Shown: in pieces, positions 59,501 through 64,000 of the stretch | Layout: each line of letters opens with the position of its first letter | How positions within the stretch are numbered: the first letter of the stretch is position 1 | DNA from: a virus | Length of the DNA stretch: 64,000 nucleotides | Direction: 5' to 3' (one strand) | IMG/VR virus record: IMGVR_UViG_3300032236_000679 | Location: 32,001-96,000 of that record | The notes under the pieces: model-generated | Database searches by the model: none | Seen by the model: only the letters and a program-made list of their open reading frames with translations | What the model was told of the DNA's origin: nothing | Made by a program: the position numbers and the translations under genes

Positions 59501-62444
59501 TGATGACAGAACATTTGATGAAAATGGTTTCTTGAACATCTTAGGCGATCAAGCAATTGATACTAATCTATACAGCACATTTAAAGACAATCAACTGGGT
59601 ATTAGACCAGAAGACATGATTACTGATGGTGCTAGTTATGTTGACACATACAACAGTTATGCACCTGAAGAATTTGTTCCAGGTTTGATGATGGATAGTT
59701 TGGATATCAGAGTTAAGACTCTAACAGATATTCAAAGTTTCAAATCACCAGACATTGTTGTTGTTTCAAAGTATGCAGATGATATTACTTCAACTTTTAG
59801 TTTTGATCCTAAGATCACTGACACTAAATTACCAGTTGGTGGAATTGAAGAATTAACTGTTGTAAACGATATAGCAGGTCTACAAATTGAAGGTGTTGAT
59901 TATACCGTTGATTGGAAAAATCAATCAATTACATTCTTCCATGCTCCCGCTATTCCCAGTGCAGTTTTCATTGTTATAATTGGCGCAAGTGGTCAAAAAA
60001 TAATTGCAGATGCAAAATTCATTGGCGATGGTGAAACTACAGAATTTGAAATCGTTGATTCTGTTCTTGAAAATGTTCAGCAGGCATATGTTAAGGTTGA
60101 TGGTGAAAAAGTCACTAACTGGTCACTGGCATCTGCAAGTTACGGCAGTCAGGACTACTTGGCCTTAGGATTTGGAAACACTGGATTTGAAGATCAATAC
60201 TGGGATCAAAATAGATTCCCAGTTGCGTTAACTTGGCAACCATTACATGATTATTTCACTGATGAATTTGTCAGTTATGGTGCTGCAACTTTCAGAGTTG
60301 TGCGTCCATTTACAAGCAAATATGAATTTGACACAGATAATCTAATAAGTGCAAGTAGAACATTTATCAGATTCCTACGTCCACCCGCTAAAGATTCTGT
60401 AATTCAAATTCACTTGTTTGATTTAAATCTAGCCATTAAGGCATATAGTGAAATTGTAAATCAAGAAGTTGTATTGCCCAGTGATTTCCAACAGGGAACA
60501 GCAGGATTTGAAATTAAACTTCAAGAGCCTGTTCAATATTTGCAACCATGGGAAGCAAGAATTGATGTTACAGTAAACGGTCTATACTTAGAACCTACTA
60601 ATCAAGCATACTATTCTGGCAATGGTAAAACAAAGAATTACTCTTTACCTAAAACTAGAAACGTGGATGTTAATGTAATAACAAATTCTGATATTGTTGC
60701 AATTGTAGACGGAGTAGTTAAACTAAATCCATCTGAATACACTGTCTTTAGAAATGGCATTGATGTTCCTGTTGTACAGTTTAATACTGCTCCAGCAGAG
60801 GGATCAAAAATTATTATTAGCAATAAGAGCACTTCAAACTATTATGTGTATAACGAAGACTCTATCTTAATTAAACCATCTTACCCATTATTTCCCAATG
60901 ATAAGATAAAGATTAAGATTTATAGTAATCATGATCAGTATGACACAAGATCTCAAGTATTCAGTGCTGTTAATAATAATGAAACTTCGGTTCAAGTTCA
61001 AAATTTCTCAGGATGGGATTCAATTGCTTATGATTCAGTGAATTATGTCGAGCAAGGATTAGTAGATGGTACACCTACTATTAGTCCTTTTGCAGTACAT
61101 CATCGTGATGTGATAACTGGAACAACATCAACTGCTGTAACTGATTATGGCTTTGCTGATGGCGCCACAGTTGGATTTGACACTTTAACTTGGGACACAA
61201 ATCAAGTTACCTATGTAACTGATTATCACTTGGATCTTCCTCTACAAGGTACTGCTGAAGTTAAGATAAATGGAGTAATTAAATCCTTCTTAACAGATTA
61301 TACTGTTCCAGATGTTGCAACTATTCACTTCTTATCAAAAGTATTAACAACTGACACTATTACAATTGTTGATCAGTATGATACATTGATTTCAGTAGTT
61401 TCTAAGTTTACAACAACAACTGCAATTGATATCAATGCTCTTAACATAATGGTTGATAACATTCAGTTGATTAGAAATGTTGATTATACACTAACATCTG
61501 CATATCAAATTAACTTTAATACAGCAACAGTTCAAATCTTACCATCTGCTTACTTGCAAGTATTCTCACAAACTACTGTTGCTGATCCTGCTGCAAGTTT
61601 TGGATGGGATGATGAATATACTATTACAATTGAACCTGCTGGTACTGTTGTAAGTCTAGGATTTGATCTCAATGGTTGGGACAAGAGTGTATGGGATAAT
61701 GAAAGAACTAATACTATTGCGGCTCCAACTTACACCTTAAGTAGACCTGTTAATAATATTAACAATATCACAGTTGCACTAAACGGTGTAGATTTGAATG
61801 CATATTATGATTATGTATTAACTACTCCAACACTGTTAAGATTGAATCCTGATTTGTCAATTACAGCAAATGATATAGTACTAGTTTCACATATCAGCGA
61901 AGATTCAAGAATACAAAATATTGAATTTAGAATCTTCAAAGGTATTGCTGACACTTACGAATACTTGGCAATTGGAGATACAACTACAACAACACTAAGC
62001 CAAGATCTATATCAAACTGATGAGTGGATATATGTAACCGACATCAGTATATTCAGTAATCCAGATCCTGCACAGTCAAAGCCTGGTATTGTTTATATAA
62101 ACGGTGAAAGAATTACTTTCTATATACTGGATATTATGAACAAGAGATTGGGTCAGTTGCGTCGTGGTACACAGGGAACAGGTACTCCAGTTGTTCATGA
62201 TGCTGGCTTAAGAGTATACGATGGCGGATCACACACTGAAATTCCAGAATCGAGAGATCAATATACTGTTGCTGATCAAGATATTATCTTAATTAGTAAG
62301 AAAGGCAACGAGCATTTGGTACAAAATGGACAGATTTATCGTCGTGGTAAACTTTGGTTAGATCCTGGAAAAACTACGCCTGCTAATGGAACCGGTATAT
62401 TGAATTCAAATACAATACAAGCAAAATTCTTAAAGGCAATATAA
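47508..62444 (+). CDS. Giant multidomain virion (baseplate wedge gp7-like / fibre-platform) protein, 4978 aa
   Basis: Follows gp6. N-terminal LPTVFRT.TNRRFLNATVDQL. FG-GAP-like propeller repeats (about 54460-56470), W....Y.....V.YNG..Y repeats, GDG..TEF Ig-like modules, and C-terminal GERITFY...LGQLRRGT.GT. Confidence 0.7.
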   Translation: MVKKSLDNVPKINQSTKNKKLSNEFLPTVFRTNTNRRFLNATVDQLIQEPRMTSIYGYIGRQDISPNYKPEDAYVRETESYSQFYQLEPGLVINQRIAGTNRFKKTNAYNYVDLLNGIALQGGINTDHSRLFSNEYYNYEGFVDLDKLINYSKYYWVPTGPKTLEVNGYNADQNKTEVIFLENLTVRRPVEPNTTGNAIANKPVGLIGYQFDQISNKVNPTLNLVRGRTYTFDVDQLGHSFWIQTEPGLGEGIGYQENIFKREVYGVDNNGAEIGKVTFRVPFSDEQYGIETLSKFTDVDLVTDIAYTDIQGVSYEEFIKTNTIDGTRSLTTKKIVMINKDPASWGDVVEDQRYGIWQLQNNNGILNLAFVSAWPTGTKIFVKEGRQYGNVNVVKNSQGIIFKEPYITAKLDTLYYQDGVDASVFGEIRLINIDPEQATINIETRVLNQSSYTSPNNVEFTNGLKVVFRGYVQPTEYAGKEYVVEGVGTGIKLIPWDNLITPDPNNPNLGDGYDAETEAYDTINYDLALNAPLRKDYVVINRASIDGNAWSRTNRWFHEDVIRYASTFNNPTAAVVLDNAFRGIRPIIEFDANLQLFNHGNKFAGQVTAIDTTVTDIANQVEGYSPYVLIDSNGNYFSDNVALENGTYVIFTQERYENTKGRIYQVSNIIPHVPAQRTKLTTQFAPNNTTLLHLNDVSYLYINMKVSGTGILPNTVIKSIDSINSIVTLSQPVVDVTRGTTITFDSNNKQVHLIPVHDMVEGETVVAVSGAKRQNYVYWWHNGNWQYAQQKTSLNQAPLFDIFTLDGISFGNGDYYPSTTFAGSKLFGYREGTGTRDSELGFPLSFRSIGNIGDIVFENYYDTEQFHYSLNQTDQIVDVSTGYAHENNPADLTFKLRNNWIKIKDFSKQYIQKKFIASDAHKNNFLIDVKFNQNSQNEKSLFVYVNGTELTYSQDYTLLGQKNHVYVSLNSDLTTGDVLVVRIFGTPNSSKEIYTLPKNLTDNSLNETFTSLTLGQIRNHLVEIADNSLLFKGEAAGVNNFRDIDYKRVPGRILQHSAGVHIAQLFFNNETTNIVKAIEYSRKAYRNFKNQFFSLLSSMEFDNFDDPRACLDQLFDEISFNATMDQSFYYTDMLPVGSNSFTFNEYLIADTNYKKFNVINTFDIQNPNYRSVLVYQKKSNSNYGVQLLKDTDYTFDGYQIDILTTLDINDNIIIYEYESTKGCMVPATPTKLGLYPKFTPGLYLDDTYLGRQEQDGTYTRFPRPMIQGHDGSKIAAFNDFRDAIIVEFEQRVYNNLNVEYINDPAISFNGVEPGAFRNTEYSMDEWTRLLSGSFLEWAGSNSVDVFNNLFTNNARSNDPFSFNYSQGVDAIYNEGVPGYWRGIYKYFFDTDRPHTHPWEMFGFSQKPAWWEARYGAAPYTSGNEILWKDAEVGLIYQHGYDAYIDSRYARPGATKIIPVDEHGTLLAPISSVVINLKTQTASSSWRFGDQSPQETAWRRSSDYPYSIIEAWALAKPAQFCTWSLNRHDLIRVDALDQIINPTTGKRNITLAISDEDKYIPGSNIWLRDRLAGLNIDVQTNFVEIFENLGINLVYKMSSYTDKNYIEVIAEQASPNSTNSGIIVPKENYDIVLTKSAPVGLSTYSAVIIKKSGGVFSVYGSDNNKPYFTIIPRKFNGNFYNIKVSQSTAIVRVDDEETIDIIPYGQQFTSKQQIVDFLISYGAYLQSIGFTFGTINPNETEIQFSNSTRDWANSSKQFLYWTEQGWDDSVVISLTPAGTQINFNSGFGVVDDLTNSYSGVRLSNSDDRILQTKEYSTFREGTNFNLVVRDQTKGIHLVDLYTVAYEHTLVFDNVTVFNDIIYQPNLGNRQYRMKVNGFKTRDWDGSLYAPGFLVNHRDVELWQPITDYYKGDIVEHKNAFFTAKYFIPGAPKFKEMDWLPVNSELLGKKLIPNMAFNAQQFENFYDVDTFDVNSTADMQARNSTGFVPRNYLDDLGLNTISQHKFYLGMIREKGTNAVLNAFLRAKLPYVDNNVSVTEQYAVRLASYGGINDVSDVELSLANSTKLNGSIVVEFIDNNETKSTLWNSYRPKDLLIKPANYDKNFFSLTESYPLQVGTGGPVLPQDVDTSVFDIQKIYNLSMGGLGFDMTEGYGEGSRIWVASDLENKWNVYRLCGNENIVITSVSVINNTNELEFTTDRPHGLKFNDNILIKKGIATGKISVNMSGFYRINSVGPTVFRTPIYTGAVTTSGKMNAMLYKLKSVRYQDRTAFSSDLPPGGWKTGDKAWINGSEGNWELLNLQTNYFLSQTLTPIFSGDSDNFGNGISMKSTEDVMAVGAPGKDSGAVYIYNKNYYGVWSVSQSIIPENTVANDFGFSVNCNDKNLVITGAPASNSNKGLAYVLKVNNVDSNVLFQVLNPAGLNSGDQFGYDVTSSQDGTWVAVSAPSDNTVYIYKFNKISTPALYSYVAESATEFELPSILLGTGIAADAVKVYLNERILIPSVEYSISGNNVELSISTNNNDVVNIVYEDYYKLITSFSNTEAAGSFGYSIDFNKDGTELAIGAPYLVNPANSNSTNFGAVYLFERTIETFITPSYDKTTLSSAEFASVSSVTLENTPVEPVVYVNGELDTSHSINGKVVTFTNGNLTRSVGYDSIVTVESNTFRLLETKRFGTDQANLYYGSKVKICPTSCSLYVGAKGYNVIQEKSQFLNNGAVVRYVNEARSYGTITTQKNIPTVTGGHSIRINGMKITFTGTNMGDGRTIINWTANTSYLTTNFVRYNSIIYKPTQNFTSGSSFSSTYLTPYRLTIDEIVADINAVKIPGITATKVKNMITISSDSMLAHNKIIINTTDLGTALDDLGLTVFKYYQFIGAQSNQSYTNFGNQFTLDASGNRLLISATQTDNIKVTTFDKGNTTFDAKSTRVYTATYRSGSAYLYEYQGDEYETPSTHGNFAYAQTFNTSKMSTNDYFGTGIALTKNWAIVTALGDGTKAGTVYTYQNKTGAYNWNVERSKLDPVDSRKIARAYLYNDNTKELIADLPVIDPEHGIPVPEAAEQLKYIVNYDPAVYTNSPNTFTFAVDVRSSWAEEHVGQLWWDTNQIKYAEWNQGDLITRFSNWGLSVPNSFASVYEWIESSMTPSEWNVANPTTPSLYTAGEVYSIRVVIDPVTLAPTNKYYFWVANSNANYGMERRDSAIMLQDLIANPRKNDNQPFISVIGTNAIALFNCQDLVDNDTRLHITMHKNQYVNPVHTEWTMFDDGSDLGIASEFLDRLNDSLAGIDNAGKIVPDLSLSEKQRYGLEIRPRQTTFVDNFSARNTWISNVNAVFARYPMVLLRETSILESYDLPPEVDGTSIKLEVSTEIELTYLNKSFYNIGDKILIANDSTVGGWSLRELAPSSFDSTVLEWKIVKVKSYDLRDYWTYSDWYSPNISRTVAVDKIVDYDYEIADINPLVGQIIKVKNGTGGNWKLVLVRANSLELVAQQNSTIQLTKSLYDNISAGFGIDNQSFEIKGFAKDNALEFRKIFDITVNKLLNKELRAEFKSIMTAMFDDITTQFKQNDWLMKTSLVNVKNEVRSLNQIPVYVKENADTVLNFIEEVKPFHTKVKEYINSYNQLDLAGFDTTDFDLPSYFNKNTQRYRQPQLKKVYNEELGRWVDTPNVVDTGIWYIDPLDPTQTLQNTKAVYQPWIDNHKYQILYVDLDNAGTGYKQNDTTVVIRGDGRGATAEAFVKNGSIYAINVTNTGYNYTYATIEILGSGTGATAYAKLGNGKARTFSTTIKFDRFTYQTSTKEWAPNTSYSLTDLITYNGSVYRLATDTNLIDLQSTGITTGDKFSFDNLIELVVKVWEPHKKYAKDTIIVYNHVPYVALTDFTSGRYFEYNTDVTVTNSISWQPATYYAVNTVVSYNGVAYKVISNFTSPNSFTLDNLLTVYDIAKYPGGYFDDAASRVWSYYNPKSGMPGKDLAQVMSGVEYPGVNVIGPTFDQKLGFGFELYERIAYDDRTFDENGFLNILGDQAIDTNLYSTFKDNQLGIRPEDMITDGASYVDTYNSYAPEEFVPGLMMDSLDIRVKTLTDIQSFKSPDIVVVSKYADDITSTFSFDPKITDTKLPVGGIEELTVVNDIAGLQIEGVDYTVDWKNQSITFFHAPAIPSAVFIVIIGASGQKIIADAKFIGDGETTEFEIVDSVLENVQQAYVKVDGEKVTNWSLASASYGSQDYLALGFGNTGFEDQYWDQNRFPVALTWQPLHDYFTDEFVSYGAATFRVVRPFTSKYEFDTDNLISASRTFIRFLRPPAKDSVIQIHLFDLNLAIKAYSEIVNQEVVLPSDFQQGTAGFEIKLQEPVQYLQPWEARIDVTVNGLYLEPTNQAYYSGNGKTKNYSLPKTRNVDVNVITNSDIVAIVDGVVKLNPSEYTVFRNGIDVPVVQFNTAPAEGSKIIISNKSTSNYYVYNEDSILIKPSYPLFPNDKIKIKIYSNHDQYDTRSQVFSAVNNNETSVQVQNFSGWDSIAYDSVNYVEQGLVDGTPTISPFAVHHRDVITGTTSTAVTDYGFADGATVGFDTLTWDTNQVTYVTDYHLDLPLQGTAEVKINGVIKSFLTDYTVPDVATIHFLSKVLTTDTITIVDQYDTLISVVSKFTTTTAIDINALNIMVDNIQLIRNVDYTLTSAYQINFNTATVQILPSAYLQVFSQTTVADPAASFGWDDEYTITIEPAGTVVSLGFDLNGWDKSVWDNERTNTIAAPTYTLSRPVNNINNITVALNGVDLNAYYDYVLTTPTLLRLNPDLSITANDIVLVSHISEDSRIQNIEFRIFKGIADTYEYLAIGDTTTTTLSQDLYQTDEWIYVTDISIFSNPDPAQSKPGIVYINGERITFYILDIMNKRLGQLRRGTQGTGTPVVHDAGLRVYDGGSHTEIPESRDQYTVADQDIILISKKGNEHLVQNGQIYRRGKLWLDPGKTTPANGTGILNSNTIQAKFLKAI

Positions 62445-63118
62445 TGGAAGACAAAAATCAGTCGAAATCTATTGTAATAAATAAAGAACAGCAAGAGAAA
62501 AAACCAATGACTAAACCTGATGAGAATACCGGAGTCAGAATTGAAGGACATATCAAAATATGGGATCCTGGTACTGGCGAGGAGTTTATTAATAAAAGAA
62601 ATGCAATTCATTACGAAAACTTCAGTGAAGCACTAGCAATGAGCATTGGAAATCAGGGAGAAGCCTGGATACACGAAATGGTTTTTGGTAATGGCGGTAC
62701 AAGCGTTGACCCAACTGGTGTTATAACTTATTTGCCAACTAATACAACAGGCAGTAATTCAACTTTATACAATCAAACTTATAACAAAGTTATCGATTCA
62801 AATAGCACATACAATACAGATCCCACCAGAAATAAAATTGAAGTTCGTCATATTCCAGGAACAGTTTACACTGACGTTTTAGTTACTTGCTTATTAGATT
62901 ACGGCGAGCCTGCTGATCAAGCAGCATTTGATAACAGTACAACTTACGGCGACAGTTATGTTTTTGATGAACTTGGGCTCAAGAGTTTTTCATTAAATGG
63001 TATTGATATGGGTAAATTGCTAACTCACGTAATTTTTCACCCTGTACAAAAGTCACTTAATAGACTAATTCAAATTGATTATACTGTAAGAATACAAACA
63101 TTAACCACCCTAACCTAA
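62444..63118 (+). CDS. Conserved virion structural protein, 224 aa (start may be 62507)
   Basis: IEGHIKIWDP.TGE..INKRNAIHYENFS.ALA.S...EM.FGNGGT...FDELGL...LLTHVIFHPVQKSLNRLIQIDYTVRIQ. A late-promoter motif at 62476-62483 lies inside the annotated 5' end. Confidence 0.6.
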   Translation: MEDKNQSKSIVINKEQQEKKPMTKPDENTGVRIEGHIKIWDPGTGEEFINKRNAIHYENFSEALAMSIGNQGEAWIHEMVFGNGGTSVDPTGVITYLPTNTTGSNSTLYNQTYNKVIDSNSTYNTDPTRNKIEVRHIPGTVYTDVLVTCLLDYGEPADQAAFDNSTTYGDSYVFDELGLKSFSLNGIDMGKLLTHVIFHPVQKSLNRLIQIDYTVRIQTLTTLT

Positions 63119-63156
63119 CGCAATAAATATTTAAATGAAGGTTGAAAAGTAGAATT

Positions 63157-64000
63157 ATGCCATATTATATTAAACATACTGATGGAACCAATCTTGTTAC
63201 TGTAGAAGACGGTACAGTAGATTCTACTTCAACTAGCATTACTTTAGTTGGTAAAAATTTCCCAACTTACGGTCAAACATTTAATCAAAATCTAGTTAGC
63301 ATTCTAGAAAATTTTGCAAATTCAACTAATCCCGATCCTGCATTACTTGGTCAACTATGGTATGACAGCACTAACAAAACTATAAATTTTTATAGAGAAG
63401 GATCAACAACTAACACTTGGCAGAAGATAGCCACAACAATTGAAAGCGCCACTGCACCTACTGATCCAAGAATGGGAGATTTGTGGTGGGATACTGTCAA
63501 CAGCCAATTGAAAATATACGACACAAACTTTGCAGATTGGCAAACAATTGGACCTCAAACTACCAATAATGGTAGAATAAATGTATTGGGTACAAATAAT
63601 TTTCAACTTCAAGTAAATGGTAATACGTCATTTGAAATTGATCTTTATGGAGCAATTAAAAAAGCATATACCCCTTGTATGTTTGGATATGATAATACAT
63701 CCAGTTCTAATTTATACAGTTTGTCATTGACTAGTTATAACACATGGGTTCCAATTGAATCAATTGATAGAACAAGCAATTTTAGTGCAGGCGTCTTTAC
63801 TGCTAATTCGTCAGGTATATATAGAGTTTCAGCAAGTGTAACTACATTAGGTGGTGCAGAAGTTAGATTATTGTGGCAAAAGAATCAAGTTGCTACACAT
63901 ATCACCGCCAGAAACAATGTTACAGGAGTAAGTCAACTAACATGCAGTGGTTTTATAAGTGCAACCACTGGTGACACAATTCAATTGGTGTATGCTACAG
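63157..64000 (+). CDS. Virion structural / tail-fibre-like protein (partial, runs off right edge; not in ORF track)
   Basis: Manual translation: MPYYIKHTDGTNLVTVEDGTVDSTSTSITLVGKNFPTYGQTFNQNLVSILENFANSTNPDPALLGQLWYDS. AATAAATA at 63122-63129. Paralog of 1..1044. Confidence 0.65.
   Translation, partial: MPYYIKHTDGTNLVTVEDGTVDSTSTSITLVGKNFPTYGQTFNQNLVSILENFANSTNPDPALLGQLWYDSTNKTINFYREGSTTNTWQKIATTIESATAPTDPRMGDLWWDTVNSQLKIYDTNFADWQTIGPQTTNNGRINVLGTNNFQLQVNGNTSFEIDLYGAIKKAYTPCMFGYDNTSSSNLYSLSLTSYNTWVPIESIDRTSNFSAGVFTANSSGIYRVSASVTTLGGAEVRLLWQKNQVATHITARNNVTGVSQLTCSGFISATTGDTIQLVYAT

Noticed and set aside
63124-63133. Second TAAATATTTA palindrome as a bidirectional promoter
   Set aside because: There is no minus-strand gene to serve; it is probably incidental in AT-rich DNA, although antisense transcription cannot be excluded.
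1-64000. Alternative genetic code (TAG/TGA reassignment known in some large phages)
   Set aside because: ORFs are long and intact under the standard code, including a 4978-aa ORF. TAG ends the GIY-YIG gene and TGA ends gp46 and tctC at sensible positions. The strong TAA preference fits the AT-rich composition.
1-64000. tRNA/rRNA genes, inteins, IS elements
   Set aside because: No cloverleaf or T-loop signature, intein splice motifs or transposase was recognised by eye. A tRNAscan/Infernal run would be needed for certainty.

Overview
This window is a 64-kb AT-rich segment of a very large T4-superfamily (myovirus-type, probably jumbo) bacteriophage genome, with near-continuous coding in the standard genetic code. 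It holds two divergent morphogenesis arms. The left arm (minus strand) runs tape-measure-like gene > portal gp20 > core proteins > prohead protease gp21 > scaffold gp22 > major capsid gp23, then a cluster of tail-fibre/receptor-binding genes, a Cys-less glutaredoxin, an S8 protease and further virion proteins. The right arm (plus strand) runs gp48-like > gp53-like > hub > gp5-like spike > lysozyme-like > gp25 > gp6 > a 4978-aa giant virion protein. Between the arms lie a gp26-like assembly gene, about 430 nt of structured non-coding sequence, a PP-loop ATPase/TctC cassette, a GIY-YIG nuclease and gp46/gp47/gp55. T4-type late promoters (TAAATA core) precede most transcription units. DUF1127 and TctC genes suggest a proteobacterial host (inference). 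The strongest novel signals are: (1) a T TTT TTC slippery heptamer that would fuse the gp26-like protein to an unannotated -1-frame ORF, like the lambda G/GT tail chaperone; (2) a GNRA-rich candidate large ncRNA just downstream on the opposite strand; (3) a host-type DUF1127 gene with a host-like promoter; (4) a redox-dead glutaredoxin with a basic tail; (5) a PP-loop/TctC cassette; (6) a lysozyme-like domain apparently split across two genes. All family calls are motif recognition by eye; no searches were run. Terminase, sheath, tube and neck genes were not seen in this window.
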